The translations under genes were made by a program, and so were the position numbers. 49,870 bases of DNA from Chrysochromulina tobinii (lineage: Eukaryota), in NCBI GenBank assembly GCA_001275005.1, contig JWZX01003394.1:1-49870 (forward strand), written 5' to 3'. How positions within the stretch are numbered: the first letter of the stretch is position 1; each line of letters opens with the position of its first letter. This document shows, in pieces, positions 1 through 11,556 of the stretch. A model generated the notes under the pieces. That model ran no database searches. It saw only the letters and a program-made list of their open reading frames with translations, and had not been told where the DNA came from.

Positions 1-105
1 AAGCTCATACACATCATGGCTACACACCCCCGAAACGACGAAACGACAAACGGGGGTGGGGAAGCCGGCGGTAGCACTCTAAACATTTAGCATTCCTCCG
101 CACGA

Positions 106-684
106 ATGACGCTCATGGACGAGACGGGCACATCAGGAACCCTAGCGACCGTCGTGCGCAACGAGAAGTCGGAAATCTTCAACGATCGCAATGCCGAGCT
201 GTACAAGGTTATCATGTCTGCCGTTGGCGAGGCCGCCGAGGCGGATGTCATTGACCCGGTGTTGTTTGTGGGATTGCGGCTGTTGCAGCACAGCGAGCGA
301 GTTGTACGGCTGCAGCCACCTCATGCGCTTGCTGTGCGCCTGCCGCCGTCAGATATGGGCCTTGGAGACAGGCTCGAAACGGCAGAGGTAGAGCTCAGCT
401 CCCTGAGAGCACAGCTGCACAAGGTCGAGCTGGCCGAGGCGACGAAAGCCATGCAAGCCCTGCTTGGGGTGCAAGGAGATCAGCCGATGACAGATCTTGA
501 GACGTGGGTGCGCATCGACGCCACCACCACCATACAAGCGGGCTTTCATGGGATGATGACGCGGAAGTGGATTCGGAGTCTTGGACTCGCAGACACGGTG
601 CAATTCAGCGCCGCGGCGCTGATCCAGGCTGGCATGCGAGGATTCACGGTCCGTCAGTGGCGACGGCATTTAGAAGAGTTGTAG
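106..684 (+). CDS. IQ-motif (calmodulin-binding) protein with possible N-terminal Dpy-30/RIIa-like docking motif
   Basis: 192-aa ORF from ATG. Two IQ-like motifs (ATTTIQAGFHGMMTRK, AAALIQAGMRGFTVRQ) and a coiled-coil-like middle. LYKVIMSAVGEAAEADVIDPVLFVGLRLL resembles Dpy-30/RIIa dimerisation motifs. Confidence 0.6.
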   Translation: MTLMDETGTSGTLATVVRNEKSEIFNDRNAELYKVIMSAVGEAAEADVIDPVLFVGLRLLQHSERVVRLQPPHALAVRLPPSDMGLGDRLETAEVELSSLRAQLHKVELAEATKAMQALLGVQGDQPMTDLETWVRIDATTTIQAGFHGMMTRKWIRSLGLADTVQFSAAALIQAGMRGFTVRQWRRHLEEL

Positions 685-867
685 ACCGTAGAGATTCAGG
701 CGATTTCCCACGCTCACACCGAAAACATTTTCCACGTCGCCGGGCGACGCCGTACGGCCACGCGGGCAGCAGCGCATCATTGACGCGGAAGACCGGAAGT
801 GTGAAACAGCCCGGCGGCACACATGGCTCTTGGCCAAGGCATATCAGAGGCCCGAGCGAGGCCGAGT

Positions 868-1815
868 TTATTTGACATCGGTGGCGCGCGTTGCGCCTAG
901 CGTCGCGGCGCGCTTTGCGGCTTTCATGGCTGGCCCTTCGGCGCCACGCACTGGCGACGCAGCCCAGCCGCTGCTGAGCTGGCGCGTCGGCGATGGAGGT
1001 CCAGCCGCCTCCGCCGTCGCCATCACCACCTCGGAAGGATTCGCCGCGATGAGCTTGAGGGCTCGTGCGGTGACGCGCGCGGCGTGTAGTCCGACCTGGC
1101 ACGTGTCCGGGACAATGTGGTGAATCGGGTCGAGCTGGATGGGTTCTGGATGGATCTCGGAGTTGGCCACGTCCTTGATCGAGACGAAGGGCACCTCGAA
1201 GACCCGGCAAACCTGTGCGAGCGCGTGCGCCTCCATCTCCTCGCACAGCGTCTTGTGTGCCGCATGCGTCTCCGCGATCAGCGATGGCGACTGACGCCAC
1301 AAGTCCGAGGAGCCTACAGCCCCGATGTCGACGCGTGGAGCCGGCGCCGCGCCCTCGCCGCCGATCTCGGCACTCACCGCGTGCGCGGCCTCGGTCGCAA
1401 GCCGGAGCAGCACGGGGTGAGCCACAAATTCCTTGGTATGCTCCTCGGTCATCAAGCATCGCACGCCAGCAAGTCGCGACTTGCCGTGGCGATCAATGAC
1501 CTCTGCCTGCAGGGGAACGACCGTCGAGCCGATGACAATATCTCCCATCCGCTGCTCGGGGATGTGGGCGCCGGAGCAGCCACAGCTGATCACGGCCATG
1601 GCGGGGCTCGCCGAGAGCGCGGCCGTCATTGCCGACGCGGCGAACACAGCACCGATTCCGGAGACAACGACGTCGACGGTCAGGCCGTCCACCTCCCCGC
1701 GGAAGGACTTGACGATGCCGCGAATCGGAGGCTGCTCGACGAGGCCATTTTCGATGAGCGGGTAGAGGAACTGCGCCTCCTCCTCCATGGCAACCATCAC
1801 GATCACGCGCTCCAT
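868..1815 (-). CDS. PNP/UDP-superfamily nucleosidase (MTA/SAH nucleosidase-like)
   Basis: From ATG 1815: VMVAMEEEA, VVVSGIGAVFAA, ISCGCSGA, MGDIVIG, EEMEAHALAQVC, VPFVSIKDVAN follow the MtnN/Pfs-family motif order. Confidence 0.85.
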   Translation of the reverse strand: MERVIVMVAMEEEAQFLYPLIENGLVEQPPIRGIVKSFRGEVDGLTVDVVVSGIGAVFAASAMTAALSASPAMAVISCGCSGAHIPEQRMGDIVIGSTVVPLQAEVIDRHGKSRLAGVRCLMTEEHTKEFVAHPVLLRLATEAAHAVSAEIGGEGAAPAPRVDIGAVGSSDLWRQSPSLIAETHAAHKTLCEEMEAHALAQVCRVFEVPFVSIKDVANSEIHPEPIQLDPIHHIVPDTCQVGLHAARVTARALKLIAANPSEVVMATAEAAGPPSPTRQLSSGWAASPVRGAEGPAMKAAKRAATLGATRATDVK

Positions 1816-2157
1816 CGGCACCGAGCTCGTTCTCCGTCCGGATGCGCGAAGTTTGGGCACCAATTTAGAATTTTGTCTGCAGGATTCCTAACAACGAAAT
1901 CCAAGAACGTAATGGCTTCAAGGGAGATGTGCAGCAACGAGAACTGACCTTGCTTGTACGAGTGTTGCTCAACACTGCTACAAGTAACAAGCTCAAGCAG
2001 CAAGCAAATAAAATAAAGCAATCACGATGTTGTTTCGACTAAAATTAGCTTCCTAGCTTAGCTCCGCTTGCTTGTACATGTGTCACACAAGGAGAGACCA
2101 ACTCGCATGTGATCATTGGCTAGCCACATGCGTACTTATTGTACTTGGCGCAGCTGA

Positions 2158-3579
2158 TCAGCGCATCAGGGCGAGCACGCCGCTGGGCACGCGGCGGAAG
2201 CCGTTGACGTCGTACTCGCGCACCTCGCTCATCGGCCGTTGCCTGGCGAAGATGGCCTGTCCCGCAGGCCGAGGGTCCTCGAGCAGCTCCTCGACGTCGC
2301 GGGCGGCCGTGCGCAGCGAGTCGAGAAACGTATCGAGTGGACCCGTCGGTATACTGGCCGACGGTGCAAGCGGCACGGCGTCGAGCGTGTCGGCGGAGGC
2401 GACGGGGGTAAAGAGCGGCGGCATCGCGGCGGCGTCGTCGACGGGCGCGGAGAAGCACGAGTTGTCGATGCAGCATGCCCTCGTCGGATCCATGCCTGCC
2501 TCACGTGCAAGCTTGTAGATCGATGGCATCGAAGCAGTTGGCAGCTCTGGCTTACGCGCGTACACGAATGCGCCCTCGTACCGGTTCTGGAGGGTCTTGC
2601 CCGTGTAGTACACGAAGCGGAACTCGGGCTCCTTGGGCTGATTCGTGCCGATCAGGTACCAGTTCTCCCAAAAAGTGAGTCCGAACATGTGCCCCTCCGT
2701 GTGGGCAGTGCGAACCGCGCCAGGCGCCGAGTCGAAGACGAGGGACTCGACGAGGTGCGCTTGGAAAGTCGTGGTCGGCGCGCCCACGCGCTCGCGTGGC
2801 ATCGTGTACTCGACGTCGACGACGGCCGACTGCGGGCCGACGGTCATAGCCGACACGCTCGCCGTGTTGGCGACTGCGCCTGCCGAGAAGGAGTTCTTTT
2901 GGCATTCGAAGCAGTCGTAGTTAGGGTTGAAGCCGAGCACCTTGTACCACTTGCCACTCATCATTGCGGGTGTGGCCTTCACGAGCGCCTTGGGCGCCTT
3001 GGGCGCGTCGTAGGGCGAGTCGGCGCCCGGTGCCTGCGTCGCGATCTGGATGCACCCAGCATCCTCGATCGTGCACTGAAGCACGCGGTCGAGCGTCGGG
3101 TTGCCGTAGCGTGCGAAGCAGCCCATCGTGCACTGCGCGTCGCCCATGCACTTGGCGCTGCACGCGAGCCCCTTCACGCAGTCGCGGTCAGCGCCGCACG
3201 CCTCGGTCTCGGCCTTGCAGCTCGTCGCGAAGCACCCTGGCTTCACCAACTCGGCCGTCGACTTTTGGCTCGCCAGCTGAGCGAGCTCATTTTCGGCGAG
3301 CGCCGGCTGGGCGCCGCATGTGAGCACCGCGGCGGTGGCCACGGCAAGAGCGCTCGACACGAGAGCATGCGCCCATGACGCGCCGTCCTCGACTGCTGCT
3401 GATGTGGGTTGCCTCCTCGATGTGGCCTCCGAATCCTCCAATGTGGCGTGCGGCAGGATGGAAACGCGCTGAGACGCCTTCTTGGCACACTGTGCACTCC
3501 TGCGTGGTGTGACCAGGATCTGGTAGCCGTCGACCGCTGAGCACAGCGTCAGTGCAAGCAAGCAGGAGCGCCGAGGCAT
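2158..3579 (-). CDS. VDL: Violaxanthin de-epoxidase-like protein (probably VDL1 type), plastid/thylakoid-lumen targeted
   Basis: Signal peptide (MPRRSCLLALTLCSAVDG), a second hydrophobic stretch ending ALA-ENEL, a Cys-rich domain (CFATSC...C...CVKGLACSAKCMGDAQCTMGCFARY), then a lipocalin domain (GKWYKVLGFNPNYDCFECQ, GLTFWENWY, YEGAFVYAR). Confidence 0.85.
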   Translation of the reverse strand: MPRRSCLLALTLCSAVDGYQILVTPRRSAQCAKKASQRVSILPHATLEDSEATSRRQPTSAAVEDGASWAHALVSSALAVATAAVLTCGAQPALAENELAQLASQKSTAELVKPGCFATSCKAETEACGADRDCVKGLACSAKCMGDAQCTMGCFARYGNPTLDRVLQCTIEDAGCIQIATQAPGADSPYDAPKAPKALVKATPAMMSGKWYKVLGFNPNYDCFECQKNSFSAGAVANTASVSAMTVGPQSAVVDVEYTMPRERVGAPTTTFQAHLVESLVFDSAPGAVRTAHTEGHMFGLTFWENWYLIGTNQPKEPEFRFVYYTGKTLQNRYEGAFVYARKPELPTASMPSIYKLAREAGMDPTRACCIDNSCFSAPVDDAAAMPPLFTPVASADTLDAVPLAPSASIPTGPLDTFLDSLRTAARDVEELLEDPRPAGQAIFARQRPMSEVREYDVNGFRRVPSGVLALMR

Positions 3580-3909
3580 TGTGAGAAAGAGATGCACCGG
3601 AACGACGGATCGTCGAACGCAATTTGTCTTCGCGAGATTTGTCGGCGCTTCAATTCCGCTTGGCGGAAATTAAGGCGCCAATTCACAGTATGAACCTCAA
3701 CGCGCACACAAATCACAACAAGTATCCGGACACATGTACATGTAGCTCAAAAAGGTATAAAGCCAATCCAAACCGAGATGCTGAGGCGGACCACAAACGT
3801 GACCAAACTTGGACACCCGTCCGAACGAATTTCCTAGCAAATTCCGATTCGATGCACCACATGCGCGTCCCTGCCATCAAGCGCCGCGTTTGTCGAAAAC
3901 ACCCACGAC

Positions 3910-6391
3910 ATGCAGAATGAGTCCCTCACACCCTACCGCATTGCCCGCTGCCTCTTCACCATTGCTACAATCCATCGCCTCATGAGCGACGAAGCAAAGG
4001 ATGTTGCACGATCCACCTATGTTCTGCTCACCGTCGACGTGCCACCGGTCATGTTTGCGAGGGCAAAGGACATCGTCCATGGCCTCACGCAGCTGCGCTG
4101 GCGCCGGCTCCTGTACGAGCCCTTGCAACTCTTCGCGGAGATTCTGTGCATACTCTTGGACGCCCTCGGCGCCTCCTTCATCAAGCTCTCGCAGGTCATC
4201 GCACACAGCCCGATGGTTGCGCCCGCACTGCTCGTGCGTGCGTGCAAAGCGTCTCTCGCGCGGTGTAGGGCGCCCACGGTGCCCTTTGACGTGGTGGAGA
4301 GCACTCTCTGCAACGAGCTGAACATCCCTAGCGTCGCGCACCTCTTCGCGACCATCGACCCGCAGCCGAGGGCTTCAGCAAGCATCGCTCAAGTCCACAA
4401 GGCGACCCTCGTCGACGGCCGGAGCGTGGCCGTCAAGCTGGTGCGGCCGGGCGTCAAGGAGCGCCTCTGGGTCGATCTGACCATCATCTGGCTCGCGGCG
4501 CGGGCCGTCGACGTGCTGCTCGGCCCTCTGGTGCTCGAGTTCCTTTCGAGCCCAGCGGCCGCCTTCGTCGACGAGCTGCGCCAAGCGATACTCGCAGAGT
4601 GCGACCTCGTAGCACGAGCACGCCAACATGCTCCAGTACCGGCAGTGGCTGCGCTCGTCGGTCGCGCTTCGGCGCTCGGGCCTCGCGAGTGCTGTCTCGG
4701 TGCCTGAGCCAATTGCCATCGGCTGTTCTAAATCTGTGCTCACGATGGAATGGGTGGACGGCGTGCTGCTGTCCGACCTGCGTGACGACGGCGGCGCGGC
4801 GGCGGCAACGCCGGCTGCAGCAACAACGTCGGCCGCGGCAACGTCGGCCTCTCGCTGGAAGGGTGCGCTCGCGAAGGCACTCAGCGTCAGCGCGCTCTCG
4901 GTACTTGACGGTGCCATGATCGATGATGGCGTGGGCGGTCCCGCTACCGAGGGCGGCGGCGCCGTCGCGCCGTGCTTTCACGCGGACCTGCACATGGGCA
5001 ACATGCTCTACTGTGCGGCCACGGATAGCGTCGCCTTCGTCGACTTTGGCGTGTGCGGCAGGCTGCCAGCGGCGCTGCGCGGCGCGCTGCTGCTCCAAGC
5101 ACTGTCTTTCGTTGTCGAGGACACATCTCACTTTTCCGAGGGCTTTGCGTACGCACTCAAGACGACACGGGCCGAGGCGGCCACGAGCACGAGCACGACG
5201 AACATCGCCGCGGTCGCCGCCGCCGCCTCGGCCACCAGCGTTGCGGAATGTGCCGATCACCTGCCTATGTCCTTTGAGGCCGCGGCAGAGCGCATGCGAA
5301 ATGTGCGTGGCCTAAGCACCGATACGCAGTTGCAGCTCTTCGGCCTCTACAAGCAAGCAACGAGCGGCGACGCGCCGCTCACGAGCCCCGCCTCGCGCTT
5401 AGACGTCAAGGAGCAGAAAAAGTGGGTGGCGTGGGCGGCGATGCGCGGCCAGTCGGCATCCACGGCGCAGGCGTGTTATTTGGAGTTGACGCACACGCTG
5501 CTAACGCACGTATCACCGCCGGACGACACGGCGCCGCCGCCAACCACTGACGCGCTCGCCCCGGCGCCGCCGCCCCTCGACACGGCTGCCCTCACGGCCG
5601 ATCTGCGGCAACTCTTCGTCGAGCTCGAGCGGATCAACCCACTGCGGCCCGACAGCGACGGGACCATCGACCCGGCGCTCTACGCGCTTCTATTGCGAGG
5701 CCAACTTGTGCTGCATGAGCACGGCGTGCAGCTGCCCAAGGAGTTTGCGCTCCTGATCAAGACGATGCTCTTCGGCGCCGACTACCTCACTCTCTTCCGC
5801 GGCGCTGAAATGAAGCTGCTAACTACGGCGCTCTCCGCGGCGGCCGTCGCCTACGTGACCAGCCACGTGCGCGAGCTCTCTCATGTCATCCCGCGCCGCG
5901 CGCTGCCCCAGATTGGCAGCGTCATCGTGCGGTCGCAGTCGCGCAGGCTCCGTGCGCAGCTCGTTGAGACGCGCGAGCATGCGGCCAAGACCGTCCTTGG
6001 CCAGCGGCTCGCCCTGCTGGCGGCGCAGGCGATCGAGCGGTGCCGAGCGGCGTGGTCAAGCGAGCAGTGCCAGGGCGCGCTGGCGATCCTCGCCCATGGG
6101 CTCGCCCCGCTAGCGGCGTGGGCGAGTTTGGCGCTGGATAGCGAGCGCCGCCGGAGCGCGCTGTCGCGTCTCCTCACCGACGGCGCCAAGGATATGGATC
6201 TGGTCGCGGTGATCGCCGCGTGCTGGCCGCTCGTCCTGCTCGTGGCGCTGCTCGTTCTCATGCTCCTCGGCGGTGCGACGGCCGGCGAATCGACGGCGGC
6301 GACTCTCGTTTGGATCGCCAACGAGAGTGCAGCAGCTGGCGAGATCTCCAACGATATCTCCTACAACACAGTGGTCGTCGATGGCGCGTGA
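3910..6391 (+). CDS. ABC1/UbiB atypical protein kinase with inserted acyl-CoA-binding (ACBP) domain and C-terminal hydrophobic segments; one frameshift near 4610
   Basis: First frame has FIKLSQ and ASASIAQVHKATLVDGRSVAVKLVRPGV. Second frame has VLTMEWVDG, FHADLHMGN, VDFG and HGVQLPKEFALLIK. Deleting T4610 restores ECDLEHEHANM (ABC1 E-x-D-x-x-x-E-x-x-N). ACBP motif QLQLFGLYKQATSGD...KKWVAW at about 5267-5503. Confidence 0.85.
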
Positions 6392-6857
6392 TGGACTCCC
6401 GATTCGTTCTTGTTTGCGAGCGACCGAAGCCTCCAAGGCGTGCTCAGGGCTTGCTCTATCTTTGACTCTATCTTCACTCAGGTTCGTGCAACATGTTGTG
6501 CGAGTGCCACACTTGCAGGTGAGGGCAGTGGGGGCTGTAACGGTGCACTGTCGTGCGGAGTGACGTGTGTCCTGCTGCTCGCTGCGTGCTGGCTGCTGGG
6601 GCAGCTCGAGCTGGGCGGTAGGCTAGGGCGAAAAGCGTATAGCGAAGTCGATCGTTTTGGAACTGTAAGTGTATGTGGTGCTGCAGGGACAACGCTCCGT
6701 CCACACACAGGTCACACAGATCGCACGCAGTCAAAGTCGAGTTTCGTGTACAGCCAGCTGTTCGCTCATAAGATTATAATCACTTGCGCCAGCGTTCGAC
6801 TTTCACACCTCGCCTACAGTAGTCAAACAGTTACTACTGTACGGCCTAAGGTGCACC

Positions 6858-6966
6858 TTAATGTAGCGATGCCGCGAGCCTTCTTGGTTTCGCCTGCCGC
6901 AGTACGTCCGAAAGCCGCGGCCCCGAGCGCTTACCCTTTCCGGTCATATCACCACCTGATCTCCCA

Positions 6967-7037
<71 letters not shown>

Positions 7038-9029
7038 TTCCGTACCATACCATACCTCGAGCAGGCCCTCGAGCAACTGCTCTGCCTCCTCCACACGCGC
7101 CGGGCTGGGGTTGATCAAACGATCCCACGCAAGCAACTGCCCATCCGTCACCGGCGCCCCTGCCTCGGCCATCTTGACGAGCGCCCAGAATTTGGGAGGT
7201 AGCTGGAGCTCTTCTTGCGCACGCGTGACCGCCACAAACCATGAGTTGAGCTCGTCGCCTTTCCAGTCGAGTCGGGCCTTCTTCGACGGGTCCCCACACT
7301 CGTAGTCGGGCTGGAAGAGCACCCGCGCGCACGGGCCCTTGCCATCGCCCAGGTCCGCGTCGCCGATCACGTGGAGCACGTCGATAGGGATGCAGTCGTC
7401 GAGCACTTGAACGCGTGGCCATTCGAGCCCTTTGGCCTGGCACACGGTGCTCAGCAGCACGTCCGCACTGCTCGCCGTGTGTCCCGCCCGGAGCACGCAC
7501 TCGTCAAACTTCCGTATCATCGCGACCAGCTTGGGAGCTTCCTTGGGCTCTCCGTACGCCCCGACGAGGTGGATGTGCATATGGTACTGGTTGAGCTCGC
7601 GCTGGTTGACTTGCTGCTTGAAGTCGTCCCAGCTCTCAAACTCGGCAAATCGGCTGCTTGCCCGTACCTTTTCGCCGTGGTACAGGTTCAGGCACTCCTC
7701 GAGCTCGCCGAAGACCGTCTTGAACCTTTTGCCCCCGGCTGCCTCGCCGTCGCCCAGGATTGCAATCTTGACACTCGGGTCACGCGCGAGTTCTCTCCAG
7801 CCAGCCAGCGCGAGCTCCAAGTTGGTGCGACCGAGGAGCGTCTTCGGGCCGGCCGTCAGCTCGCCGTCCTCATCGACCACGCGCCCGCCCTTGGCGGGGT
7901 CCGCCTGCACCCGGTAAGGCGTCCACAGCCGCTTGCCGACGAGCGATTGCTCCGAGTGCTGCTTCACGTACAGGACGCAATTAGCAACGCGGCAGATGTC
8001 GGGGCCGAAGCGGAAGGTGCGCCGCAGCTTGGTGCACTTGACCTCGCGTGGATGGGTGCCCGTATTTTTCAGCTGGCCGTGCAGCGTGTAGTACCAGCGC
8101 CCATACGACTGCGGCTCAAACAGGCTCGCCAGTTGCGCGGGCTTGGCGTGACGCCAGGAGTAGAGGGCCTGCGCCATGTCGCCGACGACGAAGATGTCGG
8201 CGTGGCTGGGCTGCAGGACGAAGGCATCGAGCTGGCAGTCGGTGCAGTCCTGGGCCTCGTCGAGCAAGATCGCGCTGAACTCGCTCAGTTCCATCCCTCG
8301 AAGCTGCGCCCACTTGACGTAAGCGTCGTGCACAAGCGGCAACTGGCCATCGAGCATCATCCGCCAGGCTCGATACGCCTGCTTGAGGTACCAGTCACCC
8401 GGCTCGGAGCTGCGGCAGTGGGGCAGCTTTTCTTTGTGCCCTATCTTGGCCGGGTAGTACGTGATGTCATCAAACTGCGCCGGCGGCTGCTGTAGCCTGG
8501 CCTCGTCGTGCTTGCTCGCCAGCCAGCTGACGAGCGTCTTGAAGATGTAAAAGGCGACGAGCTTGGATCTTCTTGCCGCCTGGGCGCGCGCCTCCTTCCG
8601 ATTGTGCGCCGGCGCGCTCTCGGGTTGCTCGCCGTGCCACGAGCGGATCGCGTCGCCGAGCATCTCGCCGATCGCCTTCTGGAGCTCACCATCGTCCACG
8701 CATCGGTCGAGGAGCTGCTCGCCCATCGATACGGAAGCGTAACGAAGGGCGGCGGCATGCATGGTGAGGCACTCGACACCGCCGACAATGTTCTCGTCGT
8801 GCAGAGCTTGCTCCAGCCGCCGCCGCCCATCTTCTGCAGCGCTGCGACCGAAGAAGAGCTTCAATATCCGCTGATGGCCCTTGCGCCGCAGCCTGATGGC
8901 AAGGTGCTCCTGCATGGTCGTCTTGCCGGACCCTGGCCCTGCCACCGTCGCGACGACAAGCGAGGGCCGTCGCGACGACAAGGAGCGGGCGAGCTTTACT
9001 GTGCGACGCTGCTCTCGTGTGAGCTGCAT
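6858..9029 (-). CDS. Superfamily 1 UvrD/Rep-type DNA helicase (FBH1-like helicase core, no F-box seen)
   Basis: Q motif LTREQ, Walker A VAGPGSGKTT, Walker B LLDEAQD, VGDMAQALYSWR, LRRTFRFGP, STVCQAKGLEW and FVAVTRA are all present in order. Confidence 0.9.
6967..7037. repeat. Compound trinucleotide microsatellite (TCG)n(GCC)n encoding poly-Gly/poly-Asp in the helicase tail
   Basis: Directly visible abutting tcg and gcc arrays. Confidence 0.95.
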
Positions 9030-9273
9030 GAGAGGCCGAGCGCCAACCACTCTCGCAGTCTTGCAAAAGTCATGCACTGCAAGTCAGAAACTTTTGGAAA
9101 CCCAAGCTCGGATTTCGTCGCGGCCATCTCACTTTGGCTCAAAGTGGGGTGGTTGTGTTCAGAGGCAGTGAACGTGTGTGTGAGCCGTACGAGTCCCGGC
9201 TCCCCCGGAGCACCTGTGACGAAACACAAGCTCAATGCGTCGTCTCTGCCCAGCTTGAGCCCCGGGGCGCGCG

Positions 9274-10963
9274 ATGGGACAGCCTGTTGCGCATCGTGCG
9301 CTGCTGTTGCTGCTCCGCCTCATTATCGCCACCGCGCAGCGCCCTGACGACGAGGTGAAGCAGTTCCCCGGTTACCCGGGCGTGATGCCATCGAAGGTCT
9401 TTTCGGGCTACCTCAAGGCGCACGCCGAAGGGCAGACGTTTTACTCCCATTATGTGCTCACCGAGAGCCAGCGCAATCCGTCGGCGGACCCGCTCGTCTT
9501 GTGGCAGCAAGGCGGGCCGGGCTCGTCGGGCTTCGGCTATGGCTACCTCGCCGAGCTTGGGCCTTACGTGCTCAATGCGGACTCGCTCGACAACGCGACG
9601 GTGCCCACTCCGCAGCGCAACTTCAAGTCGTGGGACACGATTTCTAACCTGCTGCTCTTCGAGCACCCGCCCGGCACGGGCTTCTCTTACTGCGTGGACG
9701 CGGCCGAGAAGCCCATCGCATGCGAGTGGAACGATCAAACGCAGGCCAAGGCCTTTTACAACACGTTGCTCGCCTTCTACGAGGCCTGGCCGACTTTTGC
9801 GGCACACGACCTGAAGATCATCGGCGAGTCGTACGCGGGGCTGCTGATCCCTTTCTTGGTTTACGAGATCTTCACGCAGCACCCGGACGAGACGCCCGCC
9901 AGGCAGCTGAGCGGCATCGCCATCGGCAACGGTTGCCCAGGCACCGCCGGCTCGACCCCTTCAAAGCGCGGCTCGTGCAACGGGCCCTTCGGCTCGTGAG
10001 CGTGATTGCAATTGCCATCGGGCCCTTCGACTCGTGAGCGTGATATGGATGGCCTCCCTGATTTGCCTGCCTAATGGCGTCCGTGATGCCTCCCTCATCA
10101 GTTATGACACGCAGCACATCATGGAGCTCGCGTATGGGCACGGCGCGCTGCCACGCGCGCTGTGGAACGCTCTGGCCAAGGCATGCGGTTTCCCGTGCGC
10201 CGCCCCGCTCTGGACGGAAGACTGTGCGAGCTTCAGCGAAGAATGCAGTGCGCTGCTGAATAATGCAAGTGCGGCCATCGGAGACTTCAACATCTACAAC
10301 TTTGTGGACAACTGCGGGGATGGAAACCAGGAGGCGACAGGGGTGTCGTCGGCGGGTGCGCGTCGCCCGCAGATCGGGAGCTTCCTTGACCATAGGGTGC
10401 GCTTTGGCGCCGCCGCCGACGGCGCTTCGGAGGGCGTACCACACGAGGGTGGGCAAGAGTATCCATGCGGCACGGGGACAGCAGCCACGCGCTGGTGCAA
10501 CATACCCTCTGTGCGTGAGGCGCTCCACATGCACCCCGAGGCCTTTTATGGGCAGCCCTGGGCGCTGCAGGCGGGGGCGGGCATGCACTACACGACGTAC
10601 ACTGGAGCCTCGTACGACCTCTACCCGGAGATCGTCCAGCACATCCCCGTGCTGATTTACAATGGGGACGTGGACGCGTGCGTACCGTATAATTCCAACG
10701 CCGATTGGATCGATTCGATGGTGACGATGCAGGGGTACCGTGTGGCCGAGCCGTGGCGTCCGTGGATGCTCGATCGGGGAGGCGGCGCAAAGGTGGTCTC
10801 TGGGTACGTGACCTCGTACGCGACGGCGCCAGGTCCGTTCCGGCCCGACCACTACAACCTCACGTTCCTCACGATCAAAGATAGCGGCCACATGGTGCCG
10901 CAGTACCAGCCAGACCGCGCTCTCGCCTTCTTCACACGTTGGCTCGATCACGAGCCGTACTGA
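9274..10963 (+). CDS. Serine carboxypeptidase, family S10, secreted; exons 9274-9995 and 10102-10963
   Basis: Signal peptide, WQQGGPGSS, GTGFSY, catalytic GESYAG, YNGDVDACVP and DSGHMVP. A GTGAGC...CATCAG intron at 9996-10101 joins the two ORFs in frame (GPFGS-YDTQH). Confidence 0.92.
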
Positions 10964-11556
10964 GGGGATGCGCGCGAGGCACTCACGTAGTGGGCTGGCG
11001 TCGCGGCAAGGAGGCGCTGTCTGTGTGGAACGAGCGAAGATGAATCCCATCCCCGAAACACCAGATGCGGAACCTGGAAGCACCCCCACTCCCGCCCATC
11101 GCCCATCGGGCGAGTGGTGGTGTTCGCTAAGGGATCAGCCATTCCAATGGAACGGAATTTAGAAAAAGCGGACGGATTGAGTACGCGACATCGACGTGCA
11201 AGAGTACGTTCAACGACTACCCACAGGACCGATGGACCGCGATGGACCGCAGGACCGGTAGGACGAGACACGAGACCGGGAGCTATCTTAGGAGCTCTCA
11301 GCTCGGCTCAGAGCAGTATTGATATTGTAAATAAGATTTATAATCCCCGGGCGAATCGCGGCGCACAAAAAATACAGCCGACAGCGACACGTCGCCGGGT
11401 AGACGCGCGTAAGCTACAAGCTCGCGCCGTCGCGGCATGCCACGCGATGCCACGCGAACCCACCCGCCTTCATCCCGCCCGAGTTGTACGCGCACGCACT
11501 CACCCTCTCACACCTTGCGCGTTCTGATGTGCATACCGCTCAGCGACCCCGTCGCC

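Noticed and set aside
25..58. 8-bp inverted repeat (cacccccg/cgggggtg) as a terminator-like hairpin
   Set aside because: Short, with no U-tract, and in a eukaryotic context. Likely chance or a repeat fragment.
6858..9029. Helicase as a Helitron or viral mobile-element gene
   Set aside because: The motifs are UvrD/FBH1-type. No Rep/HUH domain, Pif1 signature, capsid or integrase gene is nearby.
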